A DNA stretch of 64,000 bases. Source: Hydrolagus affinis. Its lineage: Eukaryota. This document shows, in pieces, positions 11,358 to 25,475 of the stretch. The first letter of the stretch is position 1, and every line of letters begins with the position of its first letter. The stretch covers positions 1 to 64,000 of the forward strand of contig JAAILG010000547.1 in the NCBI GenBank assembly GCA_012026655.1, in the 5' to 3' direction. The notes under the pieces are model-generated. The model searched no databases. It was not told the DNA's origin and saw nothing but the letters and a program-made list of their open reading frames with translations. The translations under genes and the position numbers were made by a program.

Positions 11358-12619
11358 CTGAGAGTTAATCTTTAAGATGCACGGCTTTATCGTTACCCAT
11401 GAGTAATGTGTTCATCTTCAAGATGCATCGGGAATCAGGTGTAAACCTCACTAGGCTGAGGGGTCGGAAGAAACCTGCATCCAAATTTCTTACTGAGATA
11501 AAGGCTTGAACGTGTCTCCCAAGCCTCCTGCACAGTGAACTGCTCTCAGTGATCGCTTCTGTTATATATAATGATTTTCTTTGTGTGACTGGCCGCATGA
11601 CAGGCCTAAATAACAGCTTCTTATGCATCAGGGGATGCTTACTGCAGCTTGCAAACCTATCAGTTTATTTCAATGTTCAGCGAGTGATAGCCAAAAGCAG
11701 ACAAGTAAGGAGAAAAGAGCAATTATGTAAACGCTACCAAAATAAAAAGGAAAGGCAGGCAAAAAACAACAGGTCAGTTTATCGAGAGGTCCGTATGTTT
11801 ACGAGGGAAGATAGCATCATTTACAGAGTGGGCAGATGGGCTGAAGTGAGCTTCAAGTGAGGAATTAAGAAGCTGACAAAATGACAGACATTTGATGGTC
11901 AAACCAGAGATTGTTACTGTGTTGGAGCACACTTTAACCCGTATTTTTCTTATTAATATTCACACTTGGACTGTGCAGGGGGCAGCTTCATTCTGTTTTT
12001 CTTTTGCCACCAGCAGGTGCTATTGTTGAACGATGATGGATGGCAGACATCCGCAGAGTGCAGTGGGTTTGTTTGACGAGAAGCAAGTGTCAACTGGTTC
12101 AAGCCATTATAGCTTATCATTTGGTCAATAGCAGGAATTTACTTCAATAAATGTTACACAATTGATTATCGTGGCCTGCCTGCATGAATTCTTTCTATTA
12201 CATATATTCCCTATGAATATCGCAAATCGAGTGTGTGTTGGAAAAAAAAACTACGCAGTTAGAAACGGTTCAACCTTCATTGAAAGGGTTGAGAGGAAAA
12301 TTTCATGTTTACAATTTCCGTCACAGCTCACATTGGTTCCTCGTCGATGGCGCATATTAAGCACAGCCTAAATATTAAATATTAAACATAGCGTGCATTG
12401 CTTTTTACTTTTGAATTTCTTAATAAAGCACTTGATGACAAGAGCACTGGCAGATTGACACATCGGTGAGAGATGGGCAAATGCTTTGAAGGCAGGTGTT
12501 GCTTATTAAAGAAATTAAACAAGTGGCAGGTAGTTTAACAGCCACATAGTCCTGCAACACAAGTGAAAAGTGAATAGACATTATGTTCCTGTGAGAGCAA
12601 TTTTTTTTAAGAAAAAATA

Positions 12620-12680
12620 AGACATCCCAAAGTGCTTCACAGAATATACTGTAACGTGAATTGACTGTATATGTTGTGGA
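12620..12680 (-). mobile_element. SINE 3' fragment
   Basis: GACATCCCAAAGTGCTTCACAGAATATACTGTAACGTGAATTGACTG. Confidence 0.75.
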
Positions 12681-13369
12681 TGTGTCTTTCAACATCACAT
12701 AATGTTTAAGGAGGTGGTGGGGTGTGTGTTGTGGGGGTGGGGTGGGGAAGGGAAGGGTGGGGGTGGAACTAACACACCCCTAAAGTTATCAGTCACCATG
12801 AGAATCCTTGCAAGATACAGAACTGGTAGTATCTGAAAGCGGAGATTTGTGTACCCACCCATTTTGTGCTCAGTTTGTGTTTGTTGTCAGTTGGGTCAAA
12901 CGGGCAGATCTACTGGCATTAGAGAAAAAAGATTAAACTCTGGCCAGCGTTCACTGTTATTACAAGCATCCTGCTGGTTGATTCATTTGACTTGAAAAGG
13001 TAGGAGCATCTGATGGACTGACCTCTTAGCTGGAGGACATTACTATCAAGCTGGACTGCAGGTAGCCTCTCAGACTGTCAAGGCTCTGCGTCCCCACACA
13101 CTGTGGGTGAGGCTTACTCATGTGGATCACATTGGAAAAGCTTTTTTTTTTTATATACAGTATATACATATATATGGAATGTATTTTGCATTCTTCTCAT
13201 TTTGCAGTCCTCGCTGTGCCAAGCCTCAATCCCTGAACAAAAGCTCAGGTATCTGACCTTCCCTAACCATCGTTCAGTCCAGCCTGTAACTCTGCCAGCC
13301 AACTGCTATGGGGTCATCAGTTGTCCTCTTGTTTCTCCTCGTTACCCGCAAAGTACACGCTCGCTTTGC

Positions 13370-13445
13370 TTTGCAGGGTATCCTGTGAAGCACTTGGAGA
13401 CGTCCTCCCGACCTGAAAGCCGCTTTATCAAATGAAAGGATTACT
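13370..13445 (+). mobile_element. SINE/L2 3' tail fragment
   Basis: CCTGTGAAGCACTTGGAGACGTCCTCCCGACCTGAAAGCCGCTTTATCAAATG. Confidence 0.7.
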
Positions 13446-13792
13446 CTGACTAACTCTACGGAGGGCACCTCGTTGAGAGTACATCGGAGATTAGGAGCTT
13501 CACCACGTCCAAAACTTTGCCACGGTTATGATTCACCAGGACGTCTTAGCGGGAGAGCGATTAGGCGCAGGGAAACAGGATTTATATTTCTCGCTTCAAA
13601 AACTGCTGTCGGCACAAGCTGAGGAGAGCTTTGCACAAGGATCACAAAACCAGTCACGTGAACAGCTATTTAATAACATTTTTAAAAAGCGCCCAAGGCT
13701 GGAGCATAAGTTTAAACGTTTTAGAATACTGCATATACATATTTTTTGCAGCTCGTGCAGCAACTTCGATCTTGAAGCTGCCTCTCAAGGTA

Positions 13793-13980
13793 ACACAACA
13801 ACAACAACTTTACATTTGTATATAGCGCCTTTCACATCAGGAGGACGGCCCAAGGTGCTGGATGGTCAAATTTTAGGCCTGAGCTGGGGTCGGGGACCGG
13901 GGAGGGTGGAGGGAAAGAGGGGGTGGGGATTTTGGGTGACCGATGGGACCGTCGAAGAGGAGGGTCTTTAGGACTGAGTT
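13793..13980 (-). mobile_element. L2 LINE 3' fragment
   Basis: (CAA)n tail, TATAGCGCCTTTCACATCAGGAGGACG, G-rich UTR, GTCGAAGAGGAGGGTCTT. Confidence 0.85.
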
Positions 13981-14729
13981 TTTAGGAGTGAGTCTCGGAA
14001 TCGAATGGATCCCCAGAAACTTGAGGTGTATATTGTGCCTGCAGCATCGATCTGATACATAAAACAGTGTTGAATGAACCCTAACTGTAAGGTATTTAAA
14101 TGCTCCTGATGTTGGAGTGGCCTCAGATTCAAAGCGGATGTTGTGATCAGAACATTTTGAGCTCGTAAGCAGTCTGCTTTACACTAGTTTTCTAGTTTAT
14201 TCACTTTAACATCAGTCCACAGTAGGAATGTGAGGTGCCTGATCCCTTCAGTTGTGACACACATCAAAGATTTCAAAGCATTCGAAAGAAAATGGCGCAC
14301 AGATAAAATGCTCATTGTCATGAGAGGCTGATGGAATATAAATCGTACAGTAGGATACCTAGAGACATGCTGCTTTCTCAGTACAGACTGCGCTGATACT
14401 GTGATTAAAAGGATATGTGATAATCCTGGATATGTTTTGCTACTCATTATAACGTCTGACAAAAATCCATGAACATGTCATTGCTCTCTCATTTGGATAT
14501 GACAGATTTGCTCAGCAAATCTTCATCAGTTTCACCACAAATACAGCGGCACATGTTTATACCCAATGTCTATTTAATTGTCTTTCCTGGGACCTTTGGC
14601 TTGTCACCCTAGGATACTATTTGCTTTCATTCCTGCTGTCACACGTTGTAACAAGCTGCACACCAGCATCACCACATCCCAGTGATGAGCGGTGTCTTGA
14701 TGTCTCTTCCTGTTTAATTCATCTTCTCA

Positions 14730-15075
14730 GCGCTTTGAATTTATCCAAATTAAATGTCACTCGTCACTTCTTAGCACAGCCATCCAAACCACTCTGCATC
14801 TGATCGCCTCTTTCCCATGAAGTATAATAGTATAATCATCAATTTGAGCCACGCTTCACAATCGAACTCTGCATCTCTCTCCATTTGCAAATAATGTAAC
14901 ATCAGTGTAAACAACAACCACTCCAGCACAGACCCTTGAGACATTCCACTTCGTCTCATTTCGGCTTGATTTAATTCTACGAGCAACCATCCTTTTTATC
15001 TTCCCCTGATTCAACCAATTTCCGATCCACTTCAGAAACCGCCAGCTACTTCCCACCTTCTGCCTTTGCGCTCCA
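14730..15075 (-). mobile_element. Ancient CR1 LINE reverse-transcriptase relic (frameshifted)
   Basis: Minus-strand peptides in RT order: WIGNWLNQGK, SGMSQGSVLEWLLF (cf. GVPQGSVLGPLLF), TLFANG (cf. FADD), AKK*RVTFNLDKFK (cf. WQMxFNxDKC). Confidence 0.8.
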
Positions 15076-15959
15076 ATCAATGTGGCACTGTGTGTGTGTC
15101 AAAAACACAGACAAAATCAACAAATAGAGCAACTGGACCATCCAGCAAGTGCGCACCCTATACCACCGGGTCATCTCGTTTGATTGTGGAGATAGATGTA
15201 CATAGATTGTAAAGATGTAAAAATATTTTATCAGGTGTGATAAAGGCACTTGATTAAAATATGGCGTTTGGCATTCTTTTCCAGTCTTGCTAAGGATCTA
15301 TGTGACGATGACAAGCCAATAGGTGGTGCTGTCAATGCTTTCAGTAAATCACCACTGAGTGAAGTAACAGCAGCAGGGTAGGCTTTTACTGCTTCATAGG
15401 GAGTCCAGCTAACATCAACAAAAGGCTTATTTCTTTCTCAGATGTACAGTAATTAGTTTCTATTATGTATTCCTAATAAAAAGCACAGAAGAAATAAACA
15501 AAATCAGCAATTCCTGTGATAAAACAGAGAACATATTTTTACCCTGACCCCAGACTTAGAGGAAATTAATTATTTCGGAATTGAAATACAGCACGCACTG
15601 TGACTATCAGAGTATCTGAATTATTATGGTTTGGATCCTTCATGTTCTCGATTCAGTTAAAATTCAGCAAGAGTAGCCAATCTTTCTGTAGCTCTGTTTG
15701 TTGCATTGATTCATCTTGAAATTGGATTAGGTCCCGAGTTCCATCCTTTATCTCCACACCTGCACATTTAAACTCTCCACTGTGAAGTTCCACATTGGAA
15801 AGGTATTGACAATAGTTGAGTCCGAGTTTGTTCAAACTCAACAACGGTTCAATGGGGTTCAGCATTGAGCTGTGGAGTTCAGCAATTGAAAGCTGTTGTT
15901 GCTTCTTGGCTGCTACTCTCTTGTGGAGCTTCATTCTGATTCTCAATTTCTTTTTATCT

Positions 15960-16025
15960 CCCTAAAGCACTCCAGGACCCTACCCTGCATGAGGGGGTGC
16001 TATATAAATGCAAGTTGTTGTTGTT
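15960..16025 (+). mobile_element. Degraded L2 tail
   Basis: GGGTGCTATATAAATGCAAGTTGTTGTTG. Confidence 0.6.
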
Positions 16026-16149
16026 AATGAGCCATGTCTAGTTATTATTATTATTGTTCCTTTATTGTAGAATCAGTATCTCATATCACTGCACTGAAAT
16101 CACATTGTTGATTAACTGTATCCTGTTTAACTGAGTGGTTCATGAACAT

Positions 16150-16240
16150 ATAATGATCCTTGCATTTGAATGGTGCTTTTCACGTCTTCTAGATGTCTCA
16201 AAGCACTTCACAGAAATATATTGTAAAGTGAATTGACTGT
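16150..16240 (-). mobile_element. SINE2-1_CM-like 3' fragment
   Basis: ATCCTTGCATTTGAA...CTTCACAGAAATATATTGTAAAGTGAATTGACTG. Confidence 0.8.
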
Positions 16241-17857
16241 ATAATCCTCTCTTTAGACCACTCCCCACCACACAATGCCTTGCAACTCATTATTTCAAAG
16301 CGAGACTTAAAACCATCTATAAATCCAAGCTGAAAAACAAATTCTTAGAACTGAAATAAAGTCTTAAAAAAGTAAAGTTAACACACATCTATAACTCAAT
16401 GTTACAGTTTCTCGTGTGGCTGTGCTGCTTAGTTTACTCTACTGTCAGTTTTGCCAGCTAACTGGAGAGGCTCCATGTTTCAACACAGTTAAGCGGTTCG
16501 TGAAGAAACTTAAGGGAATATTTAAGTTAATTTAATCTTTTAAACTAAGTTGTATTTTACAAAAGGCTGCCAGCAACATGCCAAGAATCGACTGTAAAAA
16601 TATTTTGTTTATTAAAAAGTTAATTCTTTCTTCCCGTATACCTCTTTTCGAAAAAAAAAGTGCATGTTTAGAAAACAAACTGAACGAGGGGAGCACATTT
16701 GTAAATTCATCAGCAACCCACCCCCCACCAGGTTTACAGCATTGCTTCTGCCCGTTTTTGCTCTTTTTGCAAGTGGGAAAAATGCAAGTTGCAACGAAAA
16801 TGGAACTTGCACTTGCTACTGCAAAGGATATCATAAAATGAATGGTACAATGTGTGTTTTTTGCTATGAATGGTGGTTGAGGCCAGAATGCTGGACTCAT
16901 TTGAAAAGCAGCTTCATGCTGTGATGGGCTGATGGTACAGTGGGTGTTAAAATTGACTTTATGTATTAATGATAGAATTTTCTGTGGAGACGTGGAAACG
17001 ATATAGTCAAATGTTTGCATGTCACCTGGCAATGTTATTTTGATTGGATCTCTTGCTCTCATGGATTTGTTCAATTGGTTGATGTATTTAGCTTCAGTGT
17101 GCCTACAATGCAGGTATGTACCATTATTTTGTACTGAATACTTGACGTACGCATCAATTCTTTTGTAAGAACTTGATACTCAAAAGTTTAAGTGACTAAA
17201 CACTGGAAGCTTACACCAGTGATGGCTGCTCTCTTGCTCAATTTATAGATAATTCCAACAGCCCAACTTGCTAAAAAGTCGAAATGTAGAAATTAAATGT
17301 CAAGTAACTTAATGAACAAGAACAGAGTGCCATTAAATCTTTATCATCAGAAATAAAGGTAATTCTGTCGAGCTGGAGTTGGGTGAGGGATTTCAACAGT
17401 GGTATGAAAAAGGCCAATGATGTAAGATTTCAGGCGGAGATGAATTATAATTCAGAGAGGATAATTGCTCAATTTGTATGTAGATGCTCTGATTCAGTGA
17501 AGAATAAGCTACACAAAAGCAGATTGGACATTATATATAAATATTTTGCGAAATCAACATCCTCTTTTTCAGAGCTCCTGCTTAGCTCCGTTTGATAGTG
17601 GCAATTTTGGTTGCAAAGTAACAGCTTGTTTGAGAAGCATTACATTTAGTTCTGTTGCATTTATATCCCGATCTTGTGGGTTCAGCGTTGAATACCAAAT
17701 ACAGCATGTGAATTGACTTCACATCCACATACTCTCTCTGGTTAGGTTACCACAGTGTTTTTTTGTTGCTGATTTGCCACAGAACATGTGCTAGAGTCTG
17801 GCTGCTGAGTTAATGTGGAGATCCCGAGGCAATGGTTTCGCCAGGACATCAATTTGC

Positions 17858-17916
17858 TAGAATCATAGAAATTTACAGCAGAGAACAAGGTCATTCGGCC
17901 AATATTGTCTGTGCTG
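17858..17916 (-). mobile_element. CR1 3' tail fragment
   Basis: TAGAATCATAGAAATTTACAGCAGAGAACAAGGTCATTCGGCC: CR1 terminal (ATTCTATG)n octamer plus stem, like 20363. Confidence 0.7.
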
Positions 17917-20362
17917 ATATTCACATCACATTTGTGGTGAATGCACAATAAATTAACCTGTGCTCAAAAGTAATTCCTTAAAAGTTCTTATTCAATCCAT
18001 TTTAAGGGACCATCAAAAATTGGTTACTCTCACACACCCACACCACTCAAACACAATACACATGTACTTGCTGATTATCTTTCCAGACACACACCGCGAG
18101 GGAATATTTAATTCAACAGCAGACTTTCATGAACCTAACAGAAAGGAACATTTCTTACATTTTACTCTTACAAACGATTGTTACATCAAGTTATGAAGCT
18201 CACCCATTTTGATTTCCTCTGACAACTTTGCTCTAAATCCCAAAGTCTGGTAAAGAATAAAAAAATCAATAAATCTGATACAGTTCATTAGATGGAAGCG
18301 CACATTTGTACACTGACGATTTATGACACCGAAAATAGAATTTATAGCCCAGATTATGTAACTAACAAATCAACCAGAGAAAAAAAATTGAATTGGATTC
18401 TGTCTTGCTGCTTTATTATGGTTGCAATTAAACATACTATCATTGTAACTTCAATTTAATTATAATTTCCTTCCCAAGAATACACACATTGTTTCACTTA
18501 TAGACCAATGATCCATGCTCTGCATCATTCAGGCAGAAGACATTTTTCTATAGAGCTTTATCGTCATGTAAGATTGTTCTTTGCAACAGTGAAGCTGCAA
18601 TCTTTTATAATGGTTTAAGGTTATGGCAGCCTGCTAAGCCTTATATTAATTATACATTTCAGTTTGCTGATTGTTGACCTCTGGCTCTTCAAGGTCACTG
18701 ATGTTTAATTATAATGTGTCCGCATAATTTTATGTCAGTTATTATCCAGTGTTATAGGGAGAGTTGTCACCTCAAAAAATTGTAGATCAGTAAACGAAAC
18801 GCAATCATTATTTAATTTTTTTTTGAAGTTGCAGTAACCCTTTCTGCTGTTATGCATCAACATGTATTTTTAACGAACAGAAATAGACCCATTTTTCTCT
18901 TTTTCAGAGTTAGTGCAGCATTCCGTCATGCAATACAGATTTAATTGAGACTGAAATATAAGATTTAAATTCTATAATTCTATGTGATCTTACATTTTAA
19001 GACTAAATGGTCTTACAAGTTAAGACCAGGTGGCTTTCTGGGCTTCAGAGACCCTTAATGTACACTTTCCAGCAACGGTCACTGGTTAGATATGTGGAGC
19101 AGAAATCCTGATACCCACCCTGTTTGACAAAGAGTGTAAGGCACTGAGGGGTACTGAAAACACTAAGAATATTTACGAGACAAGAGGGAAAAACTTTTTG
19201 TACAGTACAAACTTTTTGCTTCCTTGTCCATGCTCAACCAGGAGTTGAAAATGGCAAGTTAAATGCTGGTGTTTAGTAGAGTTTTAATGGATTAATGGCC
19301 ATCAAGGACTAGATTAAAATCTGACAAACCAATTTACCTGAGCTGTCAACATAATGATGACATTTCGTTCCTTTTTACTGTTTGTCTTTGAACCAAATTC
19401 TCCACAGGCAAAAACCAATAACCGAGAACATGATTGCATTGGTCCCAATGCGCTCAATGTCTTAACCTACTAGCTTTTGGCTTTGTTAACTGGGAAACCT
19501 TTTTAAAAGACTGACAAAACAAAACATCTGTCCTATGCATCACCTCACTGGTTAAGACATTCAGTTTATTTGCTGCCTTGTCACTAAGTACTCTGGGACA
19601 CAACGCTGCATGAGGGGAGCTATACAAATTATTGTTGTTATGTGCTAAAGGTAGTTTTGATGTGTTTCAGTCCTTCTTAATATTTTGAAAGCTGTTTGCT
19701 TATTTCTGTCATTCGGATGCTGATCTTTCCCCAGAATAAAGTAATTGTAAACGATTCACACTGATGATAACTTGATGAGGAATCTAGTTTGGAAGCAATT
19801 ACCAACCTGGTAGAGTGAGAGAACTGAAGAAATGTGCACAGCTGAAACACCCTGTGTTGATGACTGTGGGCGGGTTCCTCTTGTCTCTTGGCTTAAAGGC
19901 TATTTGGGCGGTAACTGCATGGTAAGTATGCAGTAACACTGTACCGCCCAACTATAAGCATGTCATTTTACGCTTTTTCACTTGGTGATTTACCTCTCAC
20001 CGTGCGTTAAGCTATCAAATGGGACATAACATGTAACACTCCCAATTAAACTGCGAAACGAGAGGAGAATGCACTCTTTGACCTCTGTCTCAGCCACACT
20101 TCCGAAATGACAGGAAAGAGCCCACAGTTGTTAGTAAGGTACTTTCCCAAGGGGGGAAAAAAAAGCTTCATATTTTTAGGTAAACATTTAAAAGCAGGAA
20201 ATATGATCTGTTAAAAAAACGGAAAAAAAACTGGTAACTGCCAAAGTGCGTGGGGCTCACACTTTTTCAAGTTCTTGAAGAGTTAAAAAAGCACGACTGC
20301 AAATCCCAGTTTGGGCAGGGAATTGATGGAATAATTCGCTGAGTGAGGATTCCTCTTCAATG

Positions 20363-20945
20363 GATCATAGAATCATAGAATTATACAGCACAGAAGGATG
20401 CCATTTGGGCCATCGTCTCTGTGCCAGCTCTTTGGAAAGAGCTGTCCAAATCAATCCCACTCCCCAAATAACGATCTACTTCTCTCTTAAAAGTTGTCAT
20501 CAAATCGGTTTCCACCACCCTTTCAGCCACTGCATTCCAGATTTCTCCTCATCTGCCCTCTGTTTCTTTTAATAACTATTTTAAATCGGGTTTCCTTGGG
20601 TTTCTGACCCACTCCCCAGTGGAAATAGTTCTCCTTGTTCATCCTATTGAATCCCCCTCATAATTTTGAAAATTTCTATTACGTCTTCTCCTAACCTTCA
20701 CTGCTCCAAGGAGAATAATTCTAGCTTCTCTCACCTCTCCTGATAACTGAAATCCCTCGTTCTTGGTACCATCCTGGTAAATCTACTTTGCACCCTCTCC
20801 AATGACTTGACATCCTTCCCAAAGTGTGGTGTCCAGAATTGAACACAGTATTCCAGCTGAGGCCTAACCAGAGTTTCATAAAGGTTTATCATAACTTCCT
20901 GACTTGTATTTTGCATTATAAATGCCCCTATTTATAAAGCCTATT
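20363..20945 (-). mobile_element. CR1 LINE 3' fragment including ORF2 C-terminus
   Basis: ORF 20731-20916 LYETLVRPQLEYCVQFWTPHFGKDVKSLERVQSRFTRMVP is the CR1 ORF2 C-terminal motif; tail CATAGAATCATAGAAT. Confidence 0.92.
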
Positions 20946-23900
20946 ATTCCATATGCATTTTTTTTTAACAAACTCTTTAATAATAGTAATAGTATTATGA
21001 TACAAAGTACAGCTACCTGTTTTTGGATATGTGTTTTAGGCTAAAAGGTGTCAATCTCCAGTCAATGTGAATTACCCTCAGATTTTCTATTTAACATTTG
21101 TATTCCATGTCTCGCCTTCCGTCAAAATTGATTTAGTGACTGGAAGTCCAACATCCTCACTCATCAATGTTTCAATAATATCAGGTGCAACTGGGAATCG
21201 AGCAGCAAATGCTGAAAAGGTTTAACAAATACCATCATTGGCCTTGAGAGGAGTGGTTTACACAGCGATGAGGATCTCACATCTAATTGTTCAATATTCA
21301 GATACATTGCACTTCACAGCAAAAACATTAATCTTGAGCAAGTATTAATCTAAACTAGTCTTATTACTACTGTCTGTTATGATAAAAACACTTCTCATTG
21401 GTTATTCTCTCTACCTCCCATCCCTCCCTTCCCCACACACATTTCCTGATCCAGAGAGCTGGATAGCCACTTATATTCAGACGTCTACTGATATCCGCTT
21501 GAATTATTATTAGAGTGGAATTCCTCCATTTCACTCCATTCTGTGCCAGTAGAGACTCTTCCTTCCTCTATGAATCAACGTTAAACTTTGGTGACTATTT
21601 TCTACTACTGAACACGATTTAGTACTTGTCGTCTTTCATCAAATTGTCAGCTGTTAACACTGATCTGCCAGCTGCTTTGAAAAAAAAAGCAAAGATTATT
21701 TGTATATTAAATGCTGTTTTACAGAAGGTTTTACCATGAATCAATTTTATCGTGTTTTGAAACTGTGAGTATAAAATATCCTGGTGGCACCCTGAATTGA
21801 TTATATACTCGTGTGCTGGTGTGGTCGTTGAGTGGCAGAACATAGGTTCCTTACGTGAACTGAGCCAGCTCAGTCAATATTTCAGGTGACGGTTGAGGAT
21901 CGTCCCCAGAGAAAATGTCAAAGAATAAGTCCATCTGGACTGTCCCAATTAGCAAACCGCAGAGTCGCACTGACAAGAGTTTTGGGAGCTTGTGGTTTGC
22001 ATGTTCTCCTTGATGAAAAGATGGTACATGGATTGACAACTCATAAAGAGGGAAATATTAATGTTATTTATTCAAATCTGATAACTCACTTCTGCATTTT
22101 TTTTCCTTCTGAATTTATCAGGTGTTTCTTATTGCTTCAATCAAAACCCGGGGAATCTTCCTTTCTTTATCTCTCACGGAGAGTCAAGCCCGTCAGTTTT
22201 CATTTACACGGCTGAATTTCAATGCAACTCACAAATATTTTAAGTTTGTTTCTGCTTTTTTTTTGAAAAAAAGACAAGCCTTATGAATGTAATAGACTGT
22301 CTCTTTTTCTTTTACTTAACTTAATATGTTCTACCCTTTGAGGAAGATTAGAGTTTTGATAATGTCATTCTATGTGATTTTTTAAAAAAATGACTCCGCT
22401 GAAGGCTACTTGAGATGTAAAGCACACCCCAGCACAATTTAACGCAGTCTCTGCTGACAACAATACAGCTCAATGGGCTAAATTGTAACTACTGTTAAGC
22501 TTACGGGTAATGTATTTGTAAGGAAGAAATATAAGATGTTGATTTGAAAGCACGACTTCTGCTTTATTATTCCATATCAGAATGATAAAAAATGTCACAA
22601 CGTCTCGTGCTCTGATGAACTGGGTCCTCCACCCAACATCCAAGCACTTTTGAGATCCTACTCTGTGTGAGGTGCCCTATATAAAGTTGTTGTTGCTATT
22701 GTTAAGTTCTTATTATTTAAATCTCTTAAAAAACTATCTCCCAAATCATTTAAAAAAAAGGTCTTTCCACAAAATTCTAACCAGTTAAAATTTTATTCGA
22801 TTGTACAGTACTAATATTCAGCCTAACCCAACACCGACTGAGCCTCAAGCTGACATTTATCAACATCTTATCTTTATGAATTCAAATTGGAAGTAGAAAA
22901 TCTGCAGCAAACTGAAGTCTGCCATGATTGCAGTTCCACTGTATCAAGTACTGTTACTGAGGTTTGCTCTGCTAATTTTTGTTCCATTCTCCCACTTAAT
23001 TGCAGATCATTTACTTTACGCTTCCACCTCTTATTGGGGCTGATGTTGTGACAATATCTGGCAGAAAACATGAGGCAGAGAAAGTTCCATGATGTCAGTT
23101 TGCATCAATATGCTTCAGATCTTGACCTAGAATAATCTGTGCTCCAAGCAGGTAAATGTATTCAGAGAGAGAAAGAAATAGAGCTTGAACTACAGAGCAC
23201 AGCTGTGGTAAATAGGTACAACCAGTTTGGCAATAAATTATTTATGCTTCATTTTTCTCTGAAGGATGTGAATATTTTTGCTGTAGGGAAAAAAAAGCAA
23301 TTGGAGATATATGAACTTCTTTTTAAGATGATACCATCAAAGAGCACTGACAATGTGTCTCAGATTAACAGAAGAAGAACAAGCTTTGGGTTGTGAACAG
23401 AAAAATACCTGCAGCAAATGTCTCTGTGAATAAACCGTGAAACTCAGTTGTTTTTCTTTATGCTATATCTTACCTTCTCAGCCTCGCCCATGAAATGTGA
23501 AAGTAAGGCAAGAATACGAATTTTATCAACTTCACAAAATGTAACTGTCTGTCCTTGAACAATCTCGAACTCTAATTTCTTTTAAAAATATACTACACTT
23601 GCTTTTAAATGTATTGTGCAATATCATCTGTGGTTTATCTCATTGAAAATACTGGCAAGGAAAAAGACAAGGACGGTGATAAAGAGTGGATTTCTGGAGA
23701 GAGAGCCAACAGGGCTTCAGATACGAAAGATTCCAGTGAAGTACCCAAATGTTTAGGTGGAGGAAACGGAGGCCATTTGTTTCTCGGTAATTCTTTCATA
23801 CTGTTCTGTTATAGTGATCTAGATGCCAGTTTAGCAAAACATTTGTTCTTGAAGGCGATGCCTGTGAAGTGGAGTCTGTGCTTGTGGATTCTGACAGCCG

Positions 23901-24300
23901 CTTAACGGGATTGCAGCAGCCGTGAAGTTTGCGTTTAGCTAAGAAGCCAGAGGTTCAATGTGGAGGGTGGTGGTGGTTGGTGGTGGTGGGTGGGGTGGGG
24001 GAGGGGGTGGATGGGCTTCAGAGATGTGACCAATGAAAACATTGGGGTGTGGGAAAATCATCTTCTACACATTCAATGGGATCAATATGAAATGCAGCTG
24101 CAAATTGGCTCTGTCACGTGCCACGTTAGTTTATTCAGGCTTCTCAGCTCTTCAGTCTCACACTTGTAAATTATAGAACCTATAAATGTAAATTAGAATT
24201 TTGAAAGAGAAACAGCTGGGAGAATGGCTAAGTTATTCGAATGTACAAGTCATTTTGTGGATTGTGCAGGACATCAAAAGCTGAAAACGGTGCTGCTTAA

Positions 24301-24680
24301 AACAAATCCTTGCATTTTGATGTTTGATGTTCCTATAACATCTCTGAAGCGTTTCACAGGGAATTACTGTCAAGCGTGGGTATATAGGCAGATATGGTAT
24401 GAGGTCCCACAAACAGCCAATGAGATGAACAACCAATTCATATGGACAGGTGTGGGTGGGTGGGAAACAGAAACTTTCAAATCGAATCTTTCGCAGCTAC
24501 ATGAACCGGCAGATGGAGTTTGGGTTTGCCATTGCATCTGAAGGAAAAATTCCTTCAGCGATGAGATGCTCCCCTGGTGTTCTACTGGAGTGGCAGCCTT
24601 GGCTGAGTTCACAGATTCCAAGCGGGTTGACCTCACAACCTCTGATCCAGAAGGGAGAGTTGCTGCCAACTGAATCAAGT
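24301..24680 (-). mobile_element. Deu-domain SINE, near full length, diverged
   Basis: Tail ATCCTTGCATTT, GGTCCCACAAACAGCCAATGAGATGAAC, Deu core, and tRNA-like head CTCACAACCTCTGATCCAGAAGGGAGAG...CCAACTGA. Confidence 0.65.
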
Positions 24681-25475
24681 CAACATTACTTCTCCCGGCC
24701 TTTCAAACTTTACTGAAAGTCAATGGAGAACAGCTGTCAGGAAATAGATCTGCTCTCGCAAGCTAGTCTCAACAGAAAACCGAGGGAATTGGAGATTCTC
24801 GGCACCCTGGTGGTAAGAACCATTTAGCTCAGTAACTCATGTCATGCTATCAGCATTTGATTGCGGGACCCAGCAAGCCTCAACAATCAATCCTTGATAT
24901 CCATAGGACTCACTGTGAACTAAATAGTCTTTACTGATGGAGTAGAAGAATGCTCGATCTCCTTCACAGTTATTGTTGCAGACATGTGGCCTGAACATTG
25001 CTGCTGATGCTGGAGCTAATTTTTTTTTATCTACTTATTTATAGTGAGTGCCAACATGGTAATCCAAACTCAGGATGTAAATTCATGCATGTGGATTGAA
25101 TGCAGATGCCTTGTTTATATTCTCAATGGGGGAACTTCACAGATGTAATTGACTAAAATGGCTCTGATTCACAGCAGCCGTGATTCTGTAAATGTATTCA
25201 AACCAGACACCACGGACGTCAACGTTGCTTACATGCAAATATACAAATATTTGTTACTTGCAAACGATGGGGTGGAAAGGATGTCGGAAAATGAAATGGA
25301 AATGGAACTCACAGACACATTCAATGGGACTGAATCTGAGGACTTTCACATACTACATTATCAGACTGCTGATCATAGTGGTGTGGAGTCACAGCATCAG
25401 AAGAGGATACAGATTCAGGATATCACAGTACAGTGTCAAGAATCACCAGGAAGCATTTCTACCTCAGATGGTAAT

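Noticed and set aside
12004-12022. CTCF-like motifs (also about 15316 and 38060)
   Set aside because: Each has mismatches in the core; unsupported without ChIP data
22612-22640. CTGATGA followed by a TGGGT/ACCCA stem
   Set aside because: No GAAA or stem I/III, so not a hammerhead
23467-23491. Minus-strand ATG GGC GAG GCT GAG AAG|GTAAGA (MGEAEK, the same as the PIK3C3 N-terminus)
   Set aside because: Only six codons; the following PIK3C3 residues and further exons are absent; coincidence
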